Source: the human T2T-CHM13v2.0 reference genome, Homo sapiens. Taken from it: a DNA stretch of 64,000 nt. Made by a program: the position numbers and the translations under genes. Below the pieces are notes generated by a model, which saw only the letters and a program-made list of their open reading frames with translations, did no database searches and had not been told where the DNA came from. How positions within the stretch are numbered: the stretch's first letter is position 1; every line of letters starts with the position of its first letter. Location: assembly GCA_009914755.4 (NCBI GenBank), contig CP068257.2:37312001-37376000 (forward strand). Reading direction: 5' to 3'. Positions 1 to 14,462 of the stretch are shown here, in pieces.

Positions 1-2299
1 CTTGCATTTCTTGGCTCCTGGTCCCTTCCTTCCTCCATCTTCAAAGCCTGTAGTGTAGCATCTTGCTTCCTCGATCAGATGGCCCTCTTCTGTCTATGTA
101 AAATCTCCTTCTGCCCATCTCTTATAAGAACACTAGAGAGTGCATTTAGGGCCCTCCTGGATGAGCCAGGACAAACTCCCATCCCAGATCCTTAATTTAA
201 TCACATTTGCAAAGTCTCTGCCCTATAAAGTGATGTATTCACGGGTTCCAGAGATTAGAATGTGGGTATCTTTGCAGGAAGGGGGGATTCTTCAGCCTCA
301 CACACATTGGCCTCCTCTCCAGGGCTGAAAGTCACCTCTCCAGAGCTTCCAACCCATCACTCCTTGTTGTGAACTCTGCAGCAAATAACCCATGTCTAAC
401 TCTTCCTACTTGAGATCTTCCTCCAGCTTTCTGAGAACAGCTCAGGTACACCTTCAAGGGTGCCCATTTCCAGACTGGCTGCCCCATGATTTCCCTCCTT
501 CCTCATGGGCTATGGCCTCCCAAGGCCTCTGCAGCCTGTTTCCTCTCCAACAGACTTGAGTTGGTTAATAGCTCTCGAAAAATGTGGCAACAAGAATGGG
601 TGAGATGCTGCAAGGTGACTCCACAGCCCAGAGAACAGCAGGTGCCTGCCCTTTAGTGCCATTGGCTATGGGCCATGGGCCACAGAGCTTGCTTCAGCTT
701 CAGTATCTGCATTTCACCTGCAAGGCACTGAGGCCCCATCACTGAAAAACCACAAGAGCAGAAATCTTCCACCTTGTCTACCACAGAGTTCCAGTTCCTA
801 AGACACCGGCCTACTCCTAACTGGGGCTCAAAAAATACCTGTTGATGAAACAAATGTAGCATTAATTCTACTTGCCAAGTCTATGAGTAGATATTTATCT
901 TTAATCTTCCAGAATTTCAACTTTGCCATGAATATAACATTTTTTGTCTCGTATAAACAATGGTTTGCGGAAAAACAAAAGAGGCTTTTCGATAAACAGA
1001 GAGAGCCCAGCCAGTGAAGCTTCAACACTTTTAAGATTCTAAGTCACTAGTTCACGGTTAATTCAAGTAACTACTTTGCAGACTGGAAGGGTGAAAAGAA
1101 GTGACAAAGACCCCTCTTCCTCCCACTTCAGTTAGGGGGTAGGGGAGAAAGAGAGAGAGGGGAACATTTATGGGACGATGGAAAGTCCAAAAGGAACCAA
1201 AAATTTTCCCACGTCAAAAAAGGCAGAGTCCAAAGAATAAGAGAAAAGTCTGATGAGGCCTGAATATCATCAGCTATTATAGAGGAACGAGTTTGATTTA
1301 ATTGTAGCAGCTACACTTGTACACATTTGAGGTGGAGAAAAAACTGGACCTCCTGACACAGTCATGTTTTCATGTGAACAGGAAAGATTCTACTGCAGCA
1401 GGCCATGGGCCAGCCCAGACAACTGTCTGCAGCCAACACCTGCTGTGTGTACTTAGCTCTTCACTGGCAGCCTCACCTTCCCTGCACCCCACATCCTTAA
1501 TGGGGGTGATGCTCTTTCCAAAGGGCAGAAAACTGGTTCTTAAGGGGTCACAACAAATCTTAGACATCATAATGGTTTGTGGCCCTTTAAATTTTCATTC
1601 TCTACAGCACATTCTTACTCTTTAGTATTGAATTTCCTTTGTTGTGAGGAAATTAAATTAAGTTTAAATTGATTAGTTTTTCTTTCTGGGAGGTGATAAG
1701 GATGGAAAGGTTGTACAACACGGCCCCAACCCACCCTGGCACCAGCAGCCCTGTCCACTGAGGAGTCTGAAGCTCACTCACACTTGGGCCTAAGTGTTTG
1801 ACTGGGATGTCTGATGGATGGAACCTTTCCCACCAGCTGCCAGCCATGCTGCACAGAGGTGTGAGCATGTAGGGAGGAACCAATGCAGTGGGCCAGGGGT
1901 ACCATCTTCATTGCTCCTCGAAGATGGTGGCTCTTTTCTCTGTTGCTGTGACATATGGCTTCTGCTAGTCACAAGCCTGTGGCCACATAGCTCCCACGTC
2001 TGGCTTCCTCTTGCAGCATGCTGCTTTGCCCTTGCCAATTCTTGGTTAGTCTTTTCCTCATGCTTCCCAAGAGGGTGACAGGGTGGGTTGATCAGTCATT
2101 ATCTAGTTTCCAATATCCTTTGTGTTAGTTTCCTTGGAGCTGCTGTAGTAAATTACCATAGACTTAGTGGCTTTAAAAACACAAAATTTGGGGGCCATAA
2201 AGAAGGAAAAAACGTCTACTCTCACCCTCCTAGGTTCCCCAGCTATAGTCTTGTAAATGAGACTAATTGCTAATGGTTTGAATGTCTCTCTTCCAAAAC

Positions 2300-2636
2300 T
2301 CATGTTGAAACTTAATTGCCAATGTGATGTAATGTAATGTATCAGGAGGTGGGGCCTTGAAGAGGTGATTAATAGATTAATGTCATTATTGTGGGAGTGG
2401 GTTAGTTGTTGCAGAAGTGGGATCCTGATGAAAAGAATGAGTTCAGTCTAATTTCCTCTGCTTGTCTCACATGCTCACTTCTGCCTTCTGCCATGGGCCC
2501 ACCTTGGCCAGATGCAAGTGCCAAGCACTTGGACTTCCCGGCCTCCAGAACTGTGAGCTAAATCAATCTCTCTTTTTTGAAATAAATTATCTTGTCTGTG
2601 GCATTCTGTTATAGCAGCAGAAGATGGACTAAGGCA
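2300..2636 (+). mobile_element. ERVL-MaLR LTR (MLT/MST-type), solo LTR fragment
   Basis: Ends with the characteristic MaLR 3' terminus ...ggcctccagaactgtgagc...tctgttatagcagcagaagatggactaag. Upstream part matches the MaLR LTR body (gaggtggggccttgaagaggtgattaat). Confidence 0.6.
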
Positions 2637-4380
2637 CTGATGAAGGACAGATTAACAAGAGGAAAGCAGACAGAAGTTTACTAATGTGTGCATCTTAACT
2701 ATGCATGAGGAGCACTCAGGGATGAGTAACTCAGAGGGGTGGATAGAACTTGGGTTTACATAGAATTTTAACAAAAGAACAGTCAATTTTGTAGAGAAGT
2801 GACAAGACAAGAGAAAAGGGCTTTGAGTTTCAAGGGGGAGGACACATTGTGGGAAGACAAATATATGGAAAAACTAATGGTAGATAAGGGCTAGTTAATA
2901 AGGTTTGTTGATTCCCCTGGTGCCGTCACAGGCTGATAAGGGTCTAGAGCTGTCTCTGATGATTAACACTTGCCCTTCTTGGTAGAGAAAGGAGGGGGAT
3001 ACCTTTACAAATTTATGTTCCGCTTTTAGACAAACAGGGGGAAGGCAGGGAGCTTTTCTTCTTCTCAATTGCCTTCAGCTTAAAATAATCCTGTTACCAA
3101 CATGGCTTATATTGGGGAGGCATATTATTCTGCTATGCTTCAGGGCCCACTCAGATAATCCAGTATAATTTCCCATCACAAGATACCTTATTTATCACAT
3201 CAGCTGTGTAGAGTAACATATTCACAGGGATTCAGACACAGGCTTTTTTGGGGGACGAGGGGGCATTGTTCAGGCTACCTCATGCCTTAAGACAGTGTTC
3301 TTCTGCCAGGACACTTTGCTGACTGACAGCCTGCCTGGAAGGCAGGCTTTATCAGTGGTGGATAGAGCAGTTAAATCACAGAATGCAACTCAACTTGGCA
3401 ACCTGTGGATCAGGGGGCACCCCAAGAAACTGGGTTGTTGTAGATGCTCTGCTGGGCCATGCCTGCAAGGCCTGCCCTGATATTTTCCTAAGACTATTTA
3501 TATTTTTGAAGATAGCTTTGGATTAAACAGTTAAAAGTCAAATGGCAAGGAGTAGGGGGTATTGGGGATAAAGCCTTTGCCTTGAGACAGCCGTCACCCA
3601 CTCTATTAAAGGAAACAGACAAGCAATGTCCAAGCAGCCAGAAACTCAGAAAACTCCAGATGGAGCAATATCCCCCAGACTGACCCCACTCCTCCTTCTG
3701 AAGTTGTGCAAGATATTGCCTGGGGGAAGTGAGGTCACCCACTTCACCATCACTTTAGCCAAAGTGCAGCAGTGTGCAATATACAAAGTGTTTGTGGAGG
3801 TTTGAGTTTGTTCATTTTCTTTTTCCAAGAGCAGATTTTTCCCCCTAAAAGCATGCTCTTAAAGGAACGGCCCCCAGCTAGTCACAAGGAACTCGAATAC
3901 TAACAAACACATCATTAAACATATATGACTTCCTTTCAGTACATTCCGTCCAGATGCAGGAGACAGTTACCACATTGATTTTCAGACCACCCTCATTATT
4001 GCTCCCACCCATCTCTCATTAAATTGCCTTCAAACAACAACAAAAAAAAGTCATTAAGATCTAACTTCTGCTTCTCCTTTTTCTTAATTCCATTCTGTGA
4101 AGTTAAATAGGCAATAGTTGGTTCAAACAACCTACGATATTTCCTCATTTTCTCTATTTTGTAGGTCCTGAGAAGCTGCCATTAGCTCTCAAGGCTTTGA
4201 GAGTCCAGCCAGTTTCTCCAGAGTGAAGTCCCCCTCCTCAGAGGAACAAATGCTTTCAGAGGAACAAATGCTTTCTGAGAAACTCGCCACTGGGTAGATC
4301 CTGCCACCCACCTGCCTGCCGCTGCAAAGCAGAGCCTGCCCAAAAAGCTGCCATCATTCCCAGCACTGCTACATAAATGC

Positions 4381-4771
4381 TGAGTGTGGTGGCTTGAATT
4401 GTGTCCCTTGAAAAGATACGTTACCGTCCCAATCCCTGGTACCTGGGAATGTGACTTTATTTGGAAAGAGGGTCTTTGTAAATATAAGAAGATGGGGTCA
4501 CGCTGGAGTAGGGTGTGCTTTAAATCCAAAGGCTGTGTCCTCCTAAGAGGGAAATGTGGACACAGGCACAGAGGTAAGATGATGTAAAGTCACGCAGGAA
4601 GGAGGCCATGGGATGGGAGGCATTTGCTGCAAGCCCCAGAACCCCAAGGATCCCTGGCAACCACCAGAAACCAGGAAGAGGCAAGAAGGGTTCTTCCTCC
4701 GAGCCCCCAAGAAGGAACCAACTGATTACAGACTTCTGGCCTCCAAGACTGTGAGAGAATACATTTCTGTT
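4381..4771 (+). mobile_element. MLT1/MST-type MaLR LTR, 5' portion (interrupted by an Alu)
   Basis: Starts tgagtgtggtggcttgaattgtgtccc, like MaLR LTR 5' ends. Runs to ...gacttctggcctccaagactgtgagagaatacatttctgtt, the MLT1 3' region. Element continues after the Alu at 5090. Confidence 0.65.
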
Positions 4772-5536
<765 letters not shown>

Positions 5537-6059
5537 TTTATCTCTATTCTTAATACATCTCTTCTGCTGCTTCTGTCTGCTTCTGAGGTTTCAACCTAAG
5601 CCCGATTTGGGCTGCAAATCCAAGTAAGAACCATTAAGGCCCTCTGGGGATTTGGCTAGTTCCAAAAGGGGTCCAGGGAAATGAGCTGTGTCCTCCCCAA
5701 CCTTCCCTCCCTCCAAGTTCTCTTAAAGTAGGGTGGCCCATGTCGAAGGATGCAAAATAAAAGCAAAATAATGCCATACCCATTGCCTACAAGGGGCAGG
5801 GCCCAGGGAGGAAGGAAAGAAGATGCTGTTAGGTCTCTAGTCACGCCTGACTCTCTGCTGTGAGTGTCCCATAGAATGTCTCATTCTCACCATCCTGAGG
5901 TCAGGGCCAAGGTCCCCATCCTATAGGTGCAGGGTGTCTGGGCTGGGATCCAAGCCAAGTATCCTTGTTCCGAAGATCACATGAAGATTCACCCCAAGAC
6001 CTGGTGTTACAGCAGCCTTCTTCTATATCCACGGTCTGTGCAGGGCCACTCAGTTGAAG

Positions 6060-6250
6060 TTCAGTTCAACATAATTACAGCGGCAGTTCTCAAACCTTCG
6101 GGGGCATCAGAATCACCTGAATGGCTTGGTGCAACACCCGTTGTTCCTCGCCCCATAGTTTCTGATTCCGTGGGTCTGGGTAGGGCCTGGGATTCTGCAT
6201 TGCTAACACGTTTCCAGGCAATGGTGAGAGGTCAGTCCAGGCTCCACAGT
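6060..6250. mobile_element. MER5-like (hAT-Charlie type non-autonomous DNA transposon) fragment
   Basis: cagaatcacctgaatggcttggtgcaaca...cccatagtttctgattccgtgggtctgggtagggcctgggattctgcattgctaacacgtttccagg matches the familiar MER5-type palindromic consensus. Family name from memory. Confidence 0.5.
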
Positions 6251-6691
6251 TTGAGACCTATCCCTTCGTGTAAACATGGGATGGTATCAGGTATGAGCCA
6301 ACTCCTGGTGTCTACGCCCTCAAATGATGGATGGAAAAGACCAGGAGATGGAGGGGCCCTCCTTCCTCAGCCCCCCTCCACCCACACACACACGGCTTTC
6401 ATGACCTCCCCTTTGCTAGCTGCCTCTGCCAGGCGGTGGCCTGAGTGCTGCTGTCACCCACACCCTCCATCCTTCCTGTGCCCAGAGTCCATTTCTCCAC
6501 TTCCCTCTGTTCACGGTTAATTCACGTGGAGGGAACGTCCCTGAGCTTGTGTTCACATGAGCAGACACACCCACAGGGGCCGCCACTTCTTTTGCCACCT
6601 TTCCGTGTTTACCTTGTCCTTCCCTTTTGGATTTGTTTTGCTACACATTGTGTTATGAGCTGGACTGTGTTCCCCTCAAAATTCATCTCTT

Positions 6692-7130
<439 letters not shown>

Positions 7131-7428
7131 TTTTTTTTTTTTTTTGAGACAGAGTCTTGCACTCTCACCCAGGCCAGAGTGCAGTGGCGTGATCTCAGCT
7201 CACTGCAGGCTCTGCCTCCTGGGTTCAAGCGATTCTCCCGCCTCAGCCTCCTGAGTAGCTGGGATTACAGGTGCCCACAATCATGCCCAGCTAACTTTTA
7301 TATTTTTAGTAGAGATGGGGTTTCACCATGTTGGCCAGGCTAGTCTTGAACTCCTGACCTCAGGTGAACCACCCCTCGGCCTTCCAAAGTACTGGGATTA
7401 TAGGCGTGAGCCACCTCACCAGGCTGGG
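7131..7428 (-). mobile_element. Alu SINE, full length, inserted into MLT1
   Basis: Poly-T at 7131-7145, then a reverse-complement Alu body ending ...ggattataggcgtgagccacctcaccaggctgg. TSD-like direct repeat TTAAGGATTTTT / TTAGGGATTTTT flanks it. Confidence 0.9.
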
Positions 7429-7815
7429 TTTAGGGATTTTTTCAGATGAAGAGATTGTCCTGGTATGTCCTAAATGCAATGACAAGAGGCCTTAAAGAAG
7501 AACACAGAGGAAGATATGCTACAGGAGCAGAAGGGCTGTTACCAAGGAGCAAGATGCTACGTGGTTGCTTTAAAGACGGAGGGAGGGGCCATGGGCCAGG
7601 GAATGCTGGCAGCCACCAGGGGCCAGAAAAGACAAGACCAGATTCTCCCCTAGACCCTCCAGAGTGGCACAGCCCTGCCAATGCCTTGACCTTAACCCAG
7701 CAACACTAACTTCGGATTTCCGCCCTCCAGCCCCATAACAGAATGAAGTTGTGTTGTTTGAAGGCATCAAGCTTGTGGTCATTTGCTATGACAGCCACAG
7801 CAAACTCCTACAGAC
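7429..7815 (+). mobile_element. MLT1 MaLR LTR, 3' portion
   Basis: ...ccttgaccttaacccagcaacactaacttcggatttccgccctccagccccataacagaatgaagttgtgttgtttgaaggcatcaagcttgtggtcatttgctatgacagccacagcaaactcctacag is the MLT1 3' terminus. Confidence 0.65.
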
Positions 7816-8892
7816 AGAAGAGAAAAGACTCAAACCCAGGCCGTCTGTCTTCAGAACCTGTACTTATTAATAAAGATTTTACCATTTAAAACATTCTTAA
7901 TGAGGCAAAGCTTCATTAAGTGAAATTCACAGTACGATCTGACAAATTTAAGCCCTGTGTAGCGCCACCTGAATCAAGATATAGAACAGATCATTTCCCC
8001 AAGAAAATTCCCCACTGCCCTTTTCTAGTGGGTCCAGTCCCTGTCCCGAGACAGCCACAGTCCTGATTCCCATCACCACCCATCAGTCCTACCTGTTCTT
8101 GAATATCATATAAATAAAACAGTACATTGCTCCTTTTCTCCTGTTCTCCTACCCGTGGTTTCAATATTCCACAGATTGCTATCATTTGCCTGTGGGCTAA
8201 CTCTTGGGTTCCAGTTTTTGGCTACGATGTAAACACTCTTGGGCAGGTCCTTCGGTGCACACGTTTTCATTTCTCTTGGGCAAACCCTTCCTAGGAGTGG
8301 AATTGCTGGGTCATGGGAGTGGTGTGTGTTTCATTTTACATGAAACTGCCATGCTGGTCTTCCTAAGTGCCTACCATTTGACGGGGCCCCCACAGTGAGG
8401 GGTCTCCCGTAGCTTCATGTCCTCCATAGCACTCACTGTCGGGCCCCTGCACTCTTAACCACTGTACACAATGAGGTCTAAGCTTTCACGGAGTTTGCTG
8501 CGAGGTTGAAGTGAGGCAACCTCCAAAAAGCAAAGCTCCAGGCACGCACCTGCTTCATGCACCGGAATATTCCTTTCTGTTCCTTTTACTAAATAAATGG
8601 AGTTCATTCCTCTGAAAAATAAGCAGCTTTGGACCATAGAGCCACCAAATGACATTTTTGTAAATCATATTTCTTTTGAAACCTTGCTGAAATATTTGAG
8701 CCACTACTTACGTTCTCTTACTACCCAATTATAATGCATGGTCTCCAGGACCCATTCTCCAAACTCTGCTTAGCACGCACGGACCTTTGTTTACATGAAT
8801 CTCAACAGCTGTGTATGGCAACAGTGCTCCTTTCCACGGAACCAAAGGTGAGATGCAGGCCGCTCCTGAAAGACTGGAAAAAAACGGCTCCG

Positions 8893-8990
8893 AACACTTT
8901 CTCTCTCTCTCCTCCCTCTGTCTCTCTTTGTCTCTGTCTGTTTCTGTCCCTGTGTTTGTCTCCGTCTCTCTCTCTCCAATGTCAGGTTCA
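8893..8990. repeat. CT-rich low-complexity / (CT)n-like polypyrimidine tract
   Basis: ctctctctctcctccctctgtctctctttgtctctgtctgtttctgtccctgtgtttgtctccgtctctctctctcc. Confidence 0.85.
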
Positions 8991-9524
8991 CAGAAATAGA
9001 TTACCACCCTCTTCCTACTGGAAGCACATGTAAGTATGTGCACATCCACAGGCATCTGCATACTCTCAGCCCAGCGAGGTCACCAACACCATGTGTCCTG
9101 AGCCTTAGCACCAATTCACACCCACTTACAGCTCCCTCTTCCTCTAGAGGCACCACTTGGGCTGAACCTGTGTTTGGCCTTTTTTTTTGAACACTGTAGT
9201 TTTATCCTGGGTAGGTATTCCTAAAAACACACTCTTTAGTTTTAGTTTTTTCATATTTTTATAAAAGGTTATCATGGTGCATGCCATTTTCTGGGATTCA
9301 TGTTTTCAACTCTGTTAGGGCTCGCAGTGTCCAAGACCCCTCCAGTCCTTGGCCCACAGAGGAAACCGAGCCTCAGAGAAGGGCAAGCTCCTCCCCACAG
9401 CATAGCCATAACCCATCACATAGGTTGACAGCAACCAACATATTAGCATGGAATGATCATTTCTTAGAAGCTGTGGGAGGAACTTCCACCCCCCACATCG
9501 TTTCTCTGTCTCGTCTCAACCTCA

Positions 9525-9640
9525 GGTATCAAGGTTGTTTTGTTCCATATTTCACAGATGAGGAAGCAGGGACTCAAGGCCGGTGAATTTAACTCTGGTC
9601 ATATGGCTGGCAGAGCAGGCCCTCAACTTGGGCTTGTCTG
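9525..9640. mobile_element. MIR-like SINE fragment
   Basis: tttcacagatgaggaagcagggactcaaggccggtgaatttaactctggtcatatggctggcagagcaggc resembles the MIR core (ttacagatgaggaaactgaggctcagagaggttaagtgacttgcccaaggtcacacagc). Confidence 0.45.
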
Positions 9641-10021
9641 ACCTGCTGCAGGAGCCCATGTCAGCCTGACTCTCCCACCTGGACACGAGTTCCCAAGGCA
9701 CGTGTGGCATCAGAGGTCCTGCCAGTCAAAGCGTCGGATCTGTGCTTCCCCCCATCAGGCTGGTGCCACAGGAGGAAGGAAAGGGCAAACACCTCTTCCT
9801 GGGAGCAGGGGTCAGGTCAGCCTGAGGCAGCAGGAATTTTAGCAAATCCAAGTTTTCTCATGTCTGGACAGCACCTTGTAGCACCCACTCTGATGGTGCC
9901 AAGGCTCAGGCCGAAGCCAGTCCCATGAGTGTGGCCAGGGCTCTGCACCCATGGCAATCTCAGGCACGAAATATGCATAGCTGTGTGTGGTCAAGGTGGC
10001 CTGCCCTGGGATGTCAGGGCT

Positions 10022-10066
10022 CTGCACACATGCACACACACACAGACACACACACACACTCACTCA
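10022..10066. repeat. (CA)n-like microsatellite, interrupted
   Basis: cacacatgcacacacacacagacacacacacacactcactcac. Confidence 0.8.
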
Positions 10067-10854
10067 CTTAACATGATGCATCTCTTTGAATCCTCACAAC
10101 AACCTTTGCTATGAATTGGTGATTCCAAACCACCCCACTGTACAGATGAGTGCACTGAGGCTCTGTGGGCTAAAGTCTCCTATCTGAACAATCAGCTCAT
10201 GACGGCAGAGCTGACATTCCTCTCCCATGAAGAAACCACAGGCTTCTCACACCAACCCCAAGACAGGAACATCAAGGACACACCTCAAGTCTACGCAGGT
10301 CCCAAGACTCTCTTCCAATCGCCATGCATTTCTGTCTATTTGTCAGGGAGCTGGTCTTTACTGTCTTCATCAAAGGTAAGGAGGTAAGGGTAAGAGGTTA
10401 CTGTTGCATGTAAATACATCTGGAAGAGCCTTCCACCCACCTTATTGCAAAATAGAGACTGTGGGAGGGAACAGGCCTCTGCAGTCCCCCCCTGTTGCCT
10501 TTGCTCATGTGAGCAGAGGCTCCCCTCTCTCCACGTAGACACAGGTGTTCATCAGGGCTCAGGGATACTTCAAGGAGCACAGGCAGGCTCTTGTATCCTC
10601 TTCTGGGTGCTTGGTGCAGGGCACAGCCTGTGCAACTGTACATAGCAGCCCTGCGATGAAAGAGGAGACCAGCCTTGGGTGCTGTGGGCTGGAAGCAGCT
10701 TTTGCTCTGTCTGGTTTTGCCAAATCTGGTGCCAGGCTCAGAGCAGGGAGAGAGACACAGTCAGCCTACTTCCAGCACTGGCAGCACATCTGTCCAAAGA
10801 GAAACATGTCTTTTCCTAGCACAACCAGCAGCACCAGAAGCACCTCTCCTAATC

Positions 10855-11050
10855 TGTCAACCGTCTCTCTGTTTTTCTCCTCTCTCTCTCTGCCTCCTCC
10901 CTTCTTCCCCCTCCATCTATCTCTGTGACTTTGTCTCTCTCCATCCCTCTCCCCTCCTCTTTCTGTCTCTGTGACTTTGCCTCTCTCTCTCTATCACTCT
11001 CTCTGTGTCAGTGTCTCCCTCTGGGTCTCTGGGTCTCTGTCCCTCCCCAG
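10855..11050. repeat. Polypyrimidine (CT-rich) low-complexity tract with an internal ~50-bp imperfect direct repeat
   Basis: About 200 bp are almost exclusively C and T on the + strand. The motif ctctgtgactttg(t/c)ctctctc occurs twice (about 10920 and 10968). Confidence 0.85.
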
Positions 11051-11554
11051 TAGGTTCTATTTAGATTTGTTGTGACAAATTGATGTCATATTCACATAGA
11101 TGGCATTTTAAAACCACAGAGGTCTTCAGAGCCAGAGCTTCATTCACACTGCAGGCCAGGGACACTGTTGCCATGGTAACATGACTCTCCACTTCCTGCC
11201 TTACCCGGGCTCCCGCATTCAGCATCACCTTCATCTCCCTCAGCAACACCACAGATGATTAAATAAAGCACTTTAATTAACTCGGATTTGGTGTGGGGTC
11301 TTCATCATCGCTGCTGGGAACAAGCGTTTGTAAACCCTCGGGGCTACATGTGCCCCTCTCCGAGGCAGTCTGTGAACCCACACTGGCCACTTCTCACAAT
11401 TTGGGCCATAGGAAATTTATATCCAAGTAGCACTTGATGAGATTCTAAGGTAATAGCCACAAGCCACCTCCTTCACAAGGCGTGAGCTTCCTTCATCTGC
11501 CGAGACACATTAACTTCATGTAAATTATAATGTCTTTGAGACGAAAATGTCTTA

Positions 11555-11935
11555 GTCTGTTCAGGCTGCTATCACAAAATACCATAGGTGACTTATGAAC
11601 AACAGAAATGTATTTTCTGCAGTTCTAGAGGCTGGAAGTCTGAGATTAAGGCGCTGGCGGAGTCAGTTCTGGTGAGGGAGGCTTCCTCTCCGATGGCCTC
11701 TGCTCACCCTAACTTCACATGGGAAGGGGTGAGGGGTCTCTCTGGGGTCTCTTTCATGGGATCACTAATCCCGGTCATGAGGGTTCTCCCCTCACCACCT
11801 AGTCATCTCCGAAAGGCTCCACCTCCTAATATCATCACCCTGGGGGTGTGGATTTCAGCATATGAATTTTATGGGGACACAGATATTCAGATCATTGCAA
11901 AAATCAATGCATTATTAGGCATGGCCAGGGAGAAT
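11555..11935 (+). mobile_element. ERVL-MaLR LTR fragment (MLT1-family 5' half)
   Basis: ctgctatcacaaaataccataggtgacttatgaacaacagaaatgtattttctgcagttctagaggctggaagtctgagattaaggcgctggcgg ... tcatgagggttctcccctcacc ... catatgaattttatggggacacagatattcag, a classic MaLR LTR body. Confidence 0.6.
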
Positions 11936-12857
11936 CGACTGTGGATCTTTTAGATAAAGGGGCTCTGGTGCTGGGGTGACAGACCTGCCTTCCTGGTTTT
12001 CACCCTAGAAGCAGGCAGGAAGGAGAAGGAATGAAGGGAAGGGGGAAGGAATGACGCAGGCAGGGGCCTCTAAACCTGGATCCAGGAACTTAAAGGGTAA
12101 AAATTACATTTTTATTTTCGCTAGCCTTTAACTGAAATGTATCATTTCCTTTCAATAGGTACCTAGGCAACAAGCACAGTGGCGTGTTAGCATCCTTGTT
12201 ACTTTGACACCAGTAAAAATCACTGGATCATCTCATTCCATGTTATGCCTGTCCACCACTTATGCCCATCACTGCTTCAAAATTCCCAGGTTATTAGTAC
12301 CACCTCCGAGGCTTGTTATAGATCTGGTTATGGTATATTAATAGCACATGTGTTGCTACCTCATTCATTGTTTTATAATGGTATCTTAATCTTAATGTAA
12401 GTGGTTTCCTTTATAACCTGTGTGTTTTATTTTGTGCATTCAAAAATCTGATTCTGAAAATTGGCCCACAGGTTTCACAGACTGCCAAAGAGGTCCGGGG
12501 GCATAAATGGCTCCAGAAAAAAAAAATCTAGTATTATTAATATGGTCCATTATTATTGGTGTTATTGCCATTCATAGGTGTTAGACATTGGCCCCTCAAT
12601 AAAAAGGATATGTATCTATATCGATCAATCAATCAGATAGATATAAAATTCTGAAGATATTTATAGAAGATATACAGGTATCTATATCTACCTGTAGATA
12701 TGGATAATTTGTTTGCCAAGAAAATTGAGGATTTCAACATTTATTTATCTCTATTTTTTTTTCCATTGAAGTCCTCAAAAGTGATGCCAATATGACATGT
12801 GGAAGTGAGAACTTGGGAAGCTGGCCTGGGATTTCTAGTGGGAAAAAGTATATTTTA

Positions 12858-13235
<378 letters not shown>

Positions 13236-13480
13236 TTATGCCTGTTACTTAAAATCTAGGCCTGTTTCAATTCATTCTACCAAAGTAGACACTGAAGCAG
13301 GAATACCACTCTTTAACATAAACGGACACACACAAAGGCCCAGAACCAGTGCCAAGAGTTTTGCACCCATTAATTCATTCCATCATTTGTTTATTTTATT
13401 TGACAAATGTGCAGATAGTACTTACCATGTGCCAGGCACTATTCTAAGTGCTTCAAAAGCATTATCCTATATAACCCTTT

Positions 13481-13857
13481 AATATGGTTTGGGTCTGTGT
13501 CCCCACCCAAAGCTCATCTCGAATTGTCATCCCCCTAATCCCCACGTGTTGAGGGTGGGACCTGGTGGGAGTTGATTGGATCATGGGGGTGGCTTTCCCC
13601 AGTGCTGTTCTCATGATAATGAGTGAGTTCTCACAAGATCTGATGGTTTTATAAGTGTTTGACCGTTCCTCCTATGCGCACATTCTCTCTCTTTCCTGCT
13701 GCCATGTAAGACATGCCTCTTTGCCTTCTGCCATGATTGTAGGTTTCCTGAGGCCTTCCCAGCCATGCAAAACTGTGAGTCAATTAAACCTTTTTCCTTT
13801 ATAAATTACCCAGTCTCAGGTATTTCTTTATAGCAGTGTGAGAATGGACTAATACAA
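13481..13857 (+). mobile_element. THE1/MST-family MaLR solo LTR
   Basis: aatatggtttgggtctgtgtccccacccaaagctcatctcgaattgtcatcc...cacgtgttgagggtgggacctggtgggag...ctgctgccatgtaagacatgcctct...ccagccatgcaaaactgtgagtcaattaaacctttttcctttataaattacccagtctcaggtatttctttatagcagtgtgagaatggactaatacaa. Nearly end-to-end match to the THE1/MST LTR consensus. Confidence 0.8.
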
Positions 13858-14110
13858 CCTTATAACAATAACAAGAGGTAGGTACTATTATTGTTGCAGA
13901 TTTTCAGATGAAGAGCTAAAGCACAGAGGGTATAGAAACTTGTGAGAAGTTCCTACAGCAAGTAATTGGTGGAGACAGCATTCAGCCCCTAAGCCCACCC
14001 ACCGCGGGTATTTTGGGAGGCTTGTCACACTGGCCTTCCTGCTTCTGGCTCCCCCTAGTCTTCAACAGCTAAAGGTAGGATTCAAACCTAGGTGGTCTGA
14101 ATGAGGGCAC

Positions 14111-14462
14111 TGATATGGTTTAGCTCTGTGTCCCCACCCAAATCTCATCTTGTAGCTCCCATAATTCCCACATGGTGGGAGATAATTGAATGATGGGGGC
14201 AGTTTCCCCCCTACTGTTCTCATGGTGGTGAATAAGTCTCACAAGATCTGATGGTTCTATAAGGGGTTTCCACTTTTGCTTCTCTCTCTCTCTTTGCCTG
14301 CTGCCCTCCATGTAAGACATGACTTTCTCCTCCTTGCCTTTCACCATGATTGTAAGGCCTCCCCAGCCTCATGGAACTGTGAGTCCATTAAACCTCTTTC
14401 TTTTGTAAATTGCCTAGTCTTCGGTAAGTCTTTATCAGCAGCATGAAAACGGACTAATACAG
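14111..14462 (+). mobile_element. THE1/MST-family MaLR solo LTR
   Basis: tgatatggtttagctctgtgtccccacccaaatctcatcttgtagctcccataattcccacatggtgggag ... catggaactgtgagtccattaaacctctttcttttgtaaattgcctagtcttcggtaagtctttatcagcagcatgaaaacggactaatacag. Confidence 0.8.

Noticed and set aside
4239-4274. 18-bp perfect tandem repeat cagaggaacaaatgcttt x2, and an 11-bp repeat gttacattttg x2 at about 57350-57372.
   Set aside because: Short two-copy slippage duplications. Too small to support any functional claim.
5927-6520. Longest ORF in the window (197 aa, + strand).
   Set aside because: It runs through a MER5-like DNA-transposon fragment and GC-rich unique sequence. The translation has no recognizable protein-like composition or motif, and there is no splice or Kozak context. 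An ORF of this length is expected by chance in 64 kb of about 45-55% GC DNA.
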